NCBI GenBank assembly: GCA_965287045.1
Contig: OZ336882.1
Span: forward strand, 6,696,001 to 6,760,000
Length of the DNA stretch: 64,000 bases
DNA from: Carcharhinus amblyrhynchos
Taxonomy: Eukaryota
Direction of reading: 5' to 3'
Shown: piece after piece, positions 1-9,884 of the stretch
Layout of the letters: every line of letters begins with the position of its first letter
Numbering within the stretch: position 1 is the first letter of the stretch
The notes under the pieces: model-generated
The model's database searches: none
What the model was told of the DNA's origin: nothing
Seen by the model: only the letters and a program-made list of their open reading frames with translations
Made by a program: the position numbers and the translations under genes

Positions 1-925
1 TAATCTCGAAACTTTTATTTTCTTCGAAATCGATCAGTGCTTTCACTCGAAGGTTTCCTGTTGTGCGCTCCAAGGTAAAGAGCTTTCGCACTTTATCGGG
101 ATTGTACTTACCAAGGTAATACTCTATGTCGCTATTTAATCCTTCATCCGTGTCGGTTGCGTTAAGTTTGATCACCAAAGTACCCACCGGCATGTTTTCC
201 AATAATTTGACCGTGTACAAAGACTGGTGAAATATAGGTGAGTTGTCATTTGCGTCCAAAACTGCAACGGTAATGCGAGCAGTGCCAGATCTCTCTGGTG
301 AACCACCGTCAATGGCTGTTAACAGTAAATGATGCATGGCTTCTTTTTCTCGATCCAATGCGTTTTGTAGGACGAGTTCCGCTAATTTACGTTCACCGCG
401 AGTCTGTACCTCCAAAATGAAGTGCTTGTTTGAACTGAGCTGGTACGTACGTACTGAATTTACACCCACATCAGGATCGCGTGCGTCTTCCAAGGGGAAG
501 CGCATACCCGGTGAAGTTGATTCAAAAATGTCCAAATAAATCTCACCATTAGGGAAACTGGGGGAATTGTCATTTATATCCAGAATTTCGACCTCAGCAC
601 GATACAAATTCACAGGGTTTTCAGTCACTATCTCCAGTGGAATAACGCAAGTAAGGCTGCCTTTACACAGCTGTTCCCTATCTATTCTTTTGGTCACAAA
701 TAATATTCCATTGTTCAAATTCACTTCGAAATACTGTGGATGCGGATCAGAGATGATTCGCAAGCTAAGATCTGATAGTTCTTTTAATTTTAAACCCAAG
801 TCGTTTGCGATATTCCCAACAAAAGTACCTTGCTCCAGCTCCTCGGGAATGGAATATCGGACCTGCCCAGAAACGAGATGACAGATACAAAACAGCAAAA
901 TGGAGGACAAAGCTGTTCTTTCCAT
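1..925 (-). CDS. Pcdh: Clustered protocadherin variable exon, gene 1 (signal peptide, EC1, EC2, most of EC3; runs off the window start)
   Basis: Manual translation from ATG at 925: MERTALSSILLFCICHLVSGQVRYSIPEELEQGTFVGNIANDLGL...IDREQLCKGSLTC...ILDINDNSP...RFPLEDARDPDVG...LDRE...AIDGGSPERSG...VLDANDNSP...ATDTDEG...IDFE. Absent from the ORF track because its stop is outside the window. Confidence 0.95.
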   Translation of the reverse strand, partial: MERTALSSILLFCICHLVSGQVRYSIPEELEQGTFVGNIANDLGLKLKELSDLSLRIISDPHPQYFEVNLNNGILFVTKRIDREQLCKGSLTCVIPLEIVTENPVNLYRAEVEILDINDNSPSFPNGEIYLDIFESTSPGMRFPLEDARDPDVGVNSVRTYQLSSNKHFILEVQTRGERKLAELVLQNALDREKEAMHHLLLTAIDGGSPERSGTARITVAVLDANDNSPIFHQSLYTVKLLENMPVGTLVIKLNATDTDEGLNSDIEYYLGKYNPDKVRKLFTLERTTGNLRVKALIDFEENKSFEI

Positions 926-1124
926 TTTATGTCGCTGATCTGCATTTACTCCTACTAAATATCAGATACCCTCGAAAATACTCAGATATTTGTATCCACA
1001 GGGTGAAAATACCTTTTAATAACTTGTTCCTGTAGACTCGAGCCGTAATGAGATGCTGACTCCGCGATTTGGATGCTCGATAAAATGTCTGCGTCATCTT
1101 TCCCCTGCCGGGGGATGGGTGATG

Positions 1125-1210
1125 GATCTCCAGCTTCGTTTCAATCCCTTATTGGTAGACAGCGACACAAAGTGTCTCGGTCCATAATTACAATGAAACC
1201 ATCTGAAAGC
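1125..1210 (-). promoter_or_regulatory. Pcdh gene 1 promoter: CSE (CTCF-type CGCT core) + CCAAT and flanking shared motifs
   Basis: Sense strand TTGTGTCGCTGTCTACCAAT at 1170..1151, about 225 bp upstream of the ATG; the same motif lies upstream of all four Pcdh exons. Confidence 0.85.
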
Positions 1211-1784
1211 AGCATGTTAGCAAAATGAATATGTCGTCTGATGTCGTTAATGATATTTAGGTGTTGTTACCGAATACTCAGCCATTACTGCTGTAAATCC
1301 AAAAAATTACGCACATTATTAAATTGCAAACTATTACTTAATTCTTTTTGCACTTCGGAAACTGTTTGACTTCCTACTAATTCCATTATTTCTCAACTGG
1401 AGAGCATAACTTCCTCTGACGACTTACGTCAAAGCTAACTTAAAAACATTTTGTTCGGAGCATAAGCATTTGAAATTTCCTACTTTTTTGAAATCTTAAG
1501 CGAATTAAAGTTATTCTTACATATTCAATTTACAAACGCCTACCGAATTTGCCATATAAAGAGCAATATGACAATCGCGACGGGCAAATGACAATCTTTT
1601 TTTTTCCATTTCATAATTTCAACTGTGATCATAATAATCGCAATACAGAAGAAAAAAATCTGAAGTGTAAATGATCAAAAATAATAAAATATGTGTAGAA
1701 GATGGTTTGGTAACTGATACGGCTAAAATAAATTTGACTCACAGCCCGAAACAAACGTCTTCTAAATGTTAAGACACCAAACGC

Positions 1785-2285
1785 TTGATTTGATTTCATT
1801 TATTATTGTTACGTGGAGTGGAATACAATGAATGGCATTGTTTCTTGCGCACTATACAGACAAAAGCATGCCGTTCATAGAGTACATTGGGGTGAAGGAA
1901 AAGAGAGGGTGGAGAATATAGTGTTACATTTATAGAAAGGATGAAGAGAAATATATACTAGGTCCATTCAAAAGCCTGATGGCAGCAGGGACGAAGCTGT
2001 TCTTGAGTCAGTTAGTACGTGCTCATGGACTATTATATCTTTTTCTCCGGGTGGAGAAAGATTAAGTATCAATCCAGGATGCTTGGGGTACTTAATTGTT
2101 CTGCCTACTTTTCCGAGGCAGTGAGAAGTGTAGATGGAGCCAATGGATGGGGGGTTGGTTTCCATGAACGACTGGGCTACATGCACTATACTTTGTAGTT
2201 TCTTGTGGTCTAGGTCAGAGTAGGAGCCATACCAAGTTATGATACATCCGAAAAGGATGCTTTCTATGCTGCACCTGTAAATAAT
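1785..2285 (-). mobile_element. Rex1/Babar-type non-LTR retrotransposon, 3' fragment
   Basis: ORF 1968..2336 contains YRCSIESILFGCIITWYGS...KKLQSIV...SIYTSHCLGK...PKHPG, resembling the Rex1/Babar ORF C-terminus; AATAATAAA/(AAATC)n-like tail near 1785-1810. Confidence 0.7.
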
Positions 2286-2589
2286 TCCTAGTGAAAAGGT
2301 CACTTTCTTTTGAGCTGAAAAACACTGATGTTGCATATTAGCTCAAACCAAATAACCTCGCTTTCTCTGAATCACCAAGTCATAAGCTCCAAATTAGATA
2401 TTATGCAGACCTCCGGGATGAAATGAGGGTCAGAAAAACTGCCGTCCATCTGTCACCATTGTCATTGGTGCAAATTTCTATCTAGGAGACGGCAAATATT
2501 GATAAAATTCTGGCCAAGCTTGAATCATTCATAGAAATACGCAGCATCGTCTTGGCCAAATATCATTCCATAAATCAAAGACGGGAACC

Positions 2590-2790
2590 ATCATTAGTGC
2601 TTCAGATCGATTGAACATAATAGGTAATTTCTTAGCTTGGATAGGTGATTGGCTGAGGGACAGAAGACAGAGAATCGGGGTAAATGTTTATTTTTTTCTG
2701 GATGGCAAGAAGTAACGAGTGGAGTGACACAGGGTTTGGTCCTTGGGCCCCAGCCTTTTACAATCCATTTTAATGACTTAATAGTGAAGG
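2590..2790 (+). mobile_element. CR1-clade LINE RT fragment
   Basis: FSGWQEVTSGVTQGLVLGPQPFTIHFNDL, a decayed form of the GVPQGSVLGP RT motif. Confidence 0.75.
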
Positions 2791-2904
2791 CTATGAATGC
2801 AATCACAGTCCTGGCACACTTACAAGGTACAGATGCGCCCTCCAAGCATGAAAGCTCTACTGTTAAATCTAGACCCCACCCGATCCCATTCCTCATTGTT
2901 TACA

Positions 2905-4840
2905 GGGAAAGATAAAACAGAAAAAATAAAGTGTATGATATACACAAATAACAATGCACTGCAGATAGCCAAGGTGAAAATAGGCAGTGCAGGGTGAAGT
3001 TAGGAAGAAAATGAGGAAATCCCAGAGGCTGCATGGTAAAAAGATTGCCAAGTAAATTTAAAGAAAACCCAAAATTGTTTCAGCAATATAATAATTTTAA
3101 TACGTTAGTTCAGGAAAAATGGAACGTATCAGAGATGAAAAAGGGAACTTGTGTGTCGATGCAGAAGCAGTGGGAAGGGTTTAAATGAATATTGTACCTC
3201 CATATTTACAAAGGAAATGGCTGATGCAGATTTAGTAGCCCTGGATGAACACTGTGAGATATTGGAGGGGTAATGATAAAGAGAGAGAAAGTACTCGAAG
3301 TATTGGAATCCATGAAAGTTGATGAGCCAGATAGATTGCTTCCAATGCTGCTGAAGAAAGTCAGGGAGGAAATGGTAGATGCTCTTAGAATGATCTTCCA
3401 AATTTCACTATATAAGGTGGAGCGACCAGAGGACTGCAGGATCACAAACTTATTGCCATAATTGGAAAAGGAATCAAAGAAAATACCAAACAATTTTAGG
3501 GCAGTTAGTCTTACATTGGTAGTAAATCAGTCCCGAGGGAGAGGATTAATTGTTGTGTAGAAAGAAATGGACTTGTCAGGAATGATCAACATGTATTTGT
3601 TAAAGGACAGTCTTGCCTCACAATTGTGATTGCATTATTTGAGGATATGAGAAGAGTTGATGAAGACAGTGTTGGGAACATCATAAACATGGATTTTAGC
3701 AAGACACGTGACAAAGTCGTACATGCAGTTTTGTCAAAAAAAGTAAAAGCCCATGGGATACAGGGGAATGTGGCAAACTGGATCAAAAGTTAGTTTAGTA
3801 ACAGGGAACAAATGGTAATGTTCTACGTTCTTGTGAATGGAAAGTTGTTTCAAAGAATAAAGAACAACACAGCACGGGAAACTGTGTTGGGACCATTGCT
3901 ATGTGTGTTATATACTTATGATTTGGATGCAAACGTGTGATGCAGAATTAGAAAATCTGCAGATGACATAAGGATTGGATGAGTAATGTATAGTGTAAAG
4001 AAAAAGTATTATCTACAAAATGTTGGTTTGGAGAAGTGGGTGGTAAATTGGCAAATGGATTTTAACATGGAAATATGTGAGGTAATCCATTTAGGGAGAG
4101 CAAACAGGGAATCGACAATAAATGGGAATACACTAGGAAGTGTAATGAAGTGAGAGTTCTTGACGTACAAGTACAAATGTCACTATAGATTGCAGCTCAC
4201 GTAGACAACATTGTGAAGAAAGCACATGGGATGATTTCTTTTATTGGCAGGAATATAAAATATTAAAGTATAATGTAACCTTGGAATTGTATGAATCATT
4301 AATGTGGTCGCAACTAGTGTCTTGTTTGTAGAACCGGTCATCATATTACAGGAAGGACGTAATTGCTTTGGAAAGAGTGTAGAGGAGGTTTACATGAATG
4401 TTGCCATGGCTAGAAATGTGTAGCTACGAGGAGACATTGGATCGGTTGGGGTTATTTTCCTTGAAACAGAGCAGGCTGGGGGTGAGTTGATAGAGGTGTA
4501 CAAAATTGCGAGGGAACGCGTGGACAGAATAAAATTCTCTCGCTGGTGGAGAATTCTAAAACCAAAGTTCGTAGATTCAAGATAAGTGATAGTAGGTGCA
4601 GAGGGACATGAGAAAGAACTTTTTTGTGCAAAGGGTGCAAAAGTCTGGAATTCTCCCCCCGAGCTGTTGGGGGAGACAGAGACTCTAAACTCTTTTTACA
4701 AATGTCTGGATCTGCACCTTAAGCTATAGGGCTAAGGTTCGGATGCAGGAAGATGGGATTCGAAAGGGCAACTGATTGCTCTTAGATTGGCATGGACAAC
4801 ATGGGCCGAATTACCTCCTTCTGGCTGTAAATTTCCTCTG
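2905..4840 (+). mobile_element. Decayed CR1 LINE (ORF2 RT region to 3' UTR)
   Basis: Frameshifted CR1 ORF2 pieces (KVLEVLESMKVD, MDFSK, SADD, EICEVIHLG) and a CR1-type 3' end (GGGCCGAA...CCTTCT) near 4800-4840. Confidence 0.8.
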
Positions 4841-4844
4841 TCGA

Positions 4845-6160
4845 GTCAATGCTTAAGGAGGAAATCGTGAATCATTTTGGAATGCTGAATTTAATCAAAC
4901 CTATTGAACATGGTTTTATGAAAGTTAAATCATGTTTGGCAAATTTGCTCGAATTCTTTGAGGATGAAACGGGGGAATAGACAGAGGGACCCTGTACATG
5001 TAGTATATTTAGATATTCAAAAGGCATTTGTCAAGGTGCCACCTCAGGGGTTGGCGAATGAATTTAAAACCCAGGGAATTGGGCTCGCTGTTAACAGAGA
5101 GTTGGAACAAATGACTCATTTTTAGAATGCAAAGATATAACTAGTGGAGTACTACAGGTATCAGTTTTTGGCCCACAGTTGTTCACTATTTGCATTAATG
5201 GTCTGCAGGAAGGATCAGCATGTAAGCTTTCCAAACTTGTTGATGAATCAAAGGTAGGTGTGAGGACATATTTTGATCAGGATATTTGCAATCTGCAACG
5301 GGATATAGAGAGTTTGGGTGACTGGATGTAAACCTGGCAAGTGGAGTTTAATGTGGGGAAATCTGAGTTCATGTTCTTCTGTGATAAGAATTAAAAGTTA
5401 GGTTATTATCTAAATGGAGAGAGGCTGCAGGTAAGTGAAGTAGCAAGGGATCCAGGTGGTCTGAGTGCATGAATTACACAAAGTTGGCAGGCAAGCCAAC
5501 AGAGTTAAGACGGCAGATGACATTTGCCTTTAGTCCAAAGAAGTTGGTGTATAAAAATAGGGACGTTTAGTTGCAACTCTACACGGTGGTGGTGAGGCCT
5601 CAGCTGGAGTACTGCAGATAGTTTTGGTTACCTTACCTTAAACTATTATACCGCTACATTGGAAACGATCCAAAGGAGATTCGCTAGGCTAATTCCTGAG
5701 ATTGGAATACTATCAAGAGAGAGTGAAGAGTCTGGGCCTGTATTCCTCGGGATGCAGAAGAGTGAAGAGAGATCTAATTCAAACTTATGAGGTACTGAGG
5801 GGGGCTGCCAGGGCAGACGGTGAAATATTTTCACGAATTGGAAAGTCTCGACCAAGGGAGCAGAGCTGTTAGGTCGACTACTGGTTCTTCAAATCTGAGT
5901 TGCACAGAAATTTCTTGTCACAGAGATGATGAACCTCTCGAATTCTCTAACCAAGTGGTGCAGAGGTTAGATCATTAGAAGTACTAAACGAGAAGGTGGA
6001 TAAATATTGATAGATGGAGGAATATAGGGTTATGGGGAAATAGCATTGGAAATGTGTTGAGGCCACAAAAGATCAGCCATGATTATATTGAATGTCAGAT
6101 CACGTTTGAAGGTCCTGGTGGCCACTGCTGCTTTTATTTCTTGGATTGTGTTCTTGTGAT
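4845..6160 (+). mobile_element. Decayed CR1 LINE (RT to 3' tail)
   Basis: HGFMKVKSCLANLLEFFED, VYLDIQKAF, VRPQLEYC; 3' UTR GATCAGCCATGAT...GGCC...TTCTTGTG ending near 6160. Confidence 0.8.
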
Positions 6161-6306
6161 CCAGAGAATGAAAATAAATCAGCAGGGGAGTGCATTTCGA
6201 TACATAGTCCCTTTCAATGACTTCAATCATTTTCTGAGTATATTACTCAAATTGTGGATGAAAATTAGCAGACAAGCTTGACAATAATGTGGATTATGTT
6301 GCATAC

Positions 6307-7118
6307 TGCAGTATCAGTGGAGAAGTGTGAGGTAATTCATTTCGGTAGGAGTAACAGATGTGTTCAGTATAGGGCTAATGGGAGGACTTTGAATAGTGTG
6401 GAGGAGCAGAGGGATCTAGGTGTATGTGTACATAGATCCCTGAAGGTTGGGAATCAAGTAGATAAGGTTGTTATGAAGGCATACGGTGTCTTGGCGTTTA
6501 TTGGTCGGGGGATTGAATTTAGGAGTCGCAGCGTCATGTTGCAACTGTACACAACTCTGGTGCGGCCGCACTTGGAGTACTGTGTGCAGTTTTGGTCCCC
6601 ACATTACAGGAAGGACGTTGAGGCTTTGGAGAGGGTGCAGAGGAGGTTTACCAGGATGTTGCCTGGTATGGAGGGGAGGTCATATGAGGAGAGACTGAGG
6701 GATTTGGTGTTGTTTTCGCTGGAAAGAAGGAGGCTAAGAGGGGATCTTATTGAAACATATAAGATGATTAGAGGTTTAGATAGGGTGGATAGTGATAGCC
6801 TTTTTCCTCGGATGGAGAATGCTAGCACGAGGGGGCATGGCTTTAAATTAAGGGGTGGTAGTTATAGGACGGATGTCAGGGGTAGGTTCTTTACCCAGAG
6901 GGTGGCGAGGGATTGGAATGCCCTGCCTGCTGCGGTTGTAAATGCGCCTAGTTTGGGGGCGTTTAAGAGATCTATGGATAGGTTTAAGGACGAAAAGGGA
7001 TTGGTTTAGATTAGTGGGTCTGTTTATTTTAAAAAAAAACTGGTCGGCGCAACATCGTGGGCCGAAGGGCCTGTTCTGCGCTGCAATGTTCTATGTTCTA
7101 TGTTCTATGTTCTATGTT
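6307..7118 (+). mobile_element. Young 5'-truncated CR1 (HER1-like) LINE, subfamily A
   Basis: Uninterrupted ORF2 C-terminus (KCEVIHFG...VRPHLEYCVQFWSPHY...RGRFFTQRV), (TTCTATG)n tail, candidate TSD CATAC at 6302-6306 and 7119-7123. Confidence 0.93.
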
Positions 7119-7704
7119 CATACAAAAGTTCTGGGAAAACTACGACCGGTCATTAATGTGCACAAGTCATTTGTTGAGAAATGGAACAAAATTTCTGTAG
7201 TTTTGGAAATTAGCATCCAAGAACACTTAACTTTTAGGTGCTTCAAATGGGAATGTTTGAACTTCATTGCCATGGGCGTTGCCGGCTCGGCCAGCATTGA
7301 TTGCCCATCCATAATTCCCTTGATAACATAAGAACATAAGGACGAGGAGCATGAATAGAGAATTCCGCCCTTTGATCCATTCAATATCATCATAGTTGAT
7401 CGTGTCTCCACTCAACTCACTTTCCTGCACATTCTTCATAACTTTTCAAATCATCACTAATCAAACATCTGCGCATCTCCTGCTTAAGTTACTCCGAGGA
7501 AGTGCCAATCCGAAACGAAATGCTGGTTCTCTATACTCTCCGCAGAAAAACTTCGAATTTGTTCCAGAATCAAATTTCCATGCCCTTATTTAATTGCTTG
7601 CAAAATGACATTAACACGTTCTACCCCTTTCTTTTAATTTCTGGGAACAATACCCCTCATCACTAACCCGCGCTCCCACCTTCTCCTTTAATTTTGATTT
7701 TCTA

Positions 7705-8125
7705 ATTTTCCATGCGCCTAAACCCCGTTGGTGCAGAGAAGATTGAGGGGCGATCTTGTTGGAGTGTACAAGATTATGAACGGCATGGACGGAGTGGATA
7801 AACAGAAACTGATCTCCTTAGCTGAAGGGCCAGTCATGAGCAGACATTGGTTCAAGGTTAGGGGCAAGAAGTTGAGGGCGATGCGAGGACAAACGTTCTT
7901 TTTACCCAGAGGGTGGTGACGATCTCGAATGCGTTGCCTGGCAGGGTCGTCGAGGCGAGTTGCCTCACATTCTGTAAAAAGTGATTGGATGAACATTTGG
8001 TACCTCATTACGTTCAGGCTGTGAGCCAAGTTCTGGGATTAAGTGGGAGATCAGGCGCTTCTCGCATGTCGTGCAGACGCGATGGGCCGGAGGGTCTCTC
8101 TTGCACTATACGAATCTGTGATTCA
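7705..8125 (+). mobile_element. CR1 LINE 3' fragment
   Basis: QRRLRGDLVGVYKIMNGMDGVD...FF; 3' tail GATGGGCCGGAGGG...GAATCTGTGATTC. Confidence 0.8.
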
Positions 8126-8607
8126 TTAGAAAAAACTGGTTTTTCCTCTGTTTAATACTAACCAGCCTTGGCAACATATCTTTCAGACTAGTAAGGAGGT
8201 GGCGCTCTCTGATAGCACCTTGAGCTTTTAGGCTGATGCATTAATGCATTTCCTCTCGAGCAGAGCGGAGCTTGTTTCGTTTTTTGAGATAACCGCAAAT
8301 GTAATGAGAGTTCTAGCAAGTTTAATGAGTTGGGAACTGATCTGAAGATCTATAATGCAATGGCATAGTCACGATTTAGATACTTTAATTTACCTTCAAA
8401 AAATTGTTTACTTCATGCAGATGAATTGTTAGCTTCTGCTTCAGAGCAGATGTAATGTTAATACGGTGATCAACATGTATCAGACCTTTTAAATTTTGTT
8501 TTGGAATAATTAAGATGTCATCAAAAATCAAGAATATGCGCTGGGAGACACTTGGGACTTTTAATCCGGATACAAATTCACACATGACAGAGAGAGAGAA
8601 AGTCCCA

Positions 8608-9773
8608 TACTTCAGCAAGGCGTTTGATAAGGTCCCCCATGCAAGACTTCTTGAGAAGGTGAGAGGGCATGGGATCCAAGGGCCTTTGGCCTTGTGGATC
8701 CAGAACTGGCTTGCCTGCAGAAGGCAGAGAGTGGTTGTGGATGGGGCTTTTTCTGAATGGAGGTCAGTCACCAGCGGAGTGCCTCAAGGATCTGTTCTGG
8801 GACCCTTGTTGTTTGTCATTTTCATAAATGACCTGGATGAGGAAGTGGAGGGATGGGTAAGTAAGTTCGCTGATGACACGAAGGTCGGTGGTGTTGTGGA
8901 TGATCTGGAAGGATGGCAAAAGTTGCAGCAGGACATAGATAGGATGCAGGACTGGGCGGAGAAGTGGCAGATGGACTTCAACGCGGATAAATGTGTTGTC
9001 GTCCATTTTGGCAGAACCAACGGGATGAACGAGTACACTATTAAGGGCAGAAGTCTGAGTAGTGTTGAGGAGCAGAAGGATCTTGGGGTCCGGGTCCACA
9101 GGACTCTTAAATCGGCCTCGCAGGTGGAGGAGGTGGTCAAGAAGGCGTATGGTGTACTGGCCTTCATTAATCGAGGGATTGAGTTTAGGAGTCGGGAGGT
9201 AATGCTGGAACTTTATAAGACCCTTGTCAGGCCTCATTTGGAGTATTGTGCGCAGTTCTGGTCGCCTCACTATAGGAAAGATGTAGAAGCTATTGAAAGG
9301 GTGCAGAGGAGATTTACAAGGATGTTGCCTGGACTGGGAGGCATGCCTTATGAAGTTAGGTTGAGGGAGCTGGGACTCTTTTCCCTGGAGAGACGAAGGT
9401 TGAGAGGCGACCTGATAGAAGTTTACAAAATGTTGAGAGGAATAGATAGGGTGGACTCTCAGAGGCTATTTCCCCGGTTTGAAATGGTCGCTACGAGAGG
9501 ACACAGATTTAAGGTGCGGGGAGGGAGGTTCAGAAGTGATGTTAGGGGTAAGTTTTTCACTCAGAGGGTGGTGAGTGAATGGAATCGGCTGCCGTCAGTG
9601 GTGGTGGAGGCGAACTCGCTGGGGTCTTTTAAAAGACTTCTGGATGAGTATATGGGGTTTAATGAGATTGAGGGTTATAGATAGGTCTGTAGGTTGGTAG
9701 GTGATGTGGTCGGCGCAACTTGTGGGCCGAAGGGCCTGTTTGTGCTGTAGTGTTCTATGTTCTATGTTCTATG
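8608..9773 (+). mobile_element. Young 5'-truncated CR1 LINE with open RT domain
   Basis: ORF 8515..9684: FSKAFDKVPH...GVPQGSVLGP...SKFADDTK...LVRPHLEYC; (TTCTATG)n tail. The first ~30 aa of the ORF are flanking DNA. Confidence 0.95.
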
Positions 9774-9884
9774 ATAGTGTAGATTACAATGTAGAAATAA
9801 TTGATCCCGAGTTAGACTGACATTGGGTTAAAACTTCTTACAAGTCTTAAATCAAAGTCTTATGTCAAAGTGTGATTTTTTTTT

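Noticed and set aside
336-1035. Plus-strand ORFs 336..539, 567..881 and 805..1035, and similar ORFs opposite genes 2-4
   Set aside because: Antisense shadows of the Pcdh coding strand; their recurrence in paralogs follows from cadherin codon conservation.
7085-7118. (TTCTATG)n and (TTCTTATG)n short tandem repeats as CRISPR-like or satellite arrays
   Set aside because: These are the standard CR1 3' terminal repeats; no spacers.
8515-9684. 389-aa RT-containing ORF as a host gene or a retron/DGR-like system
   Set aside because: It is a 5'-truncated CR1 ORF2 with a typical tail; the N-terminal residues are fortuitous flank. No accessory genes or template repeats were seen.
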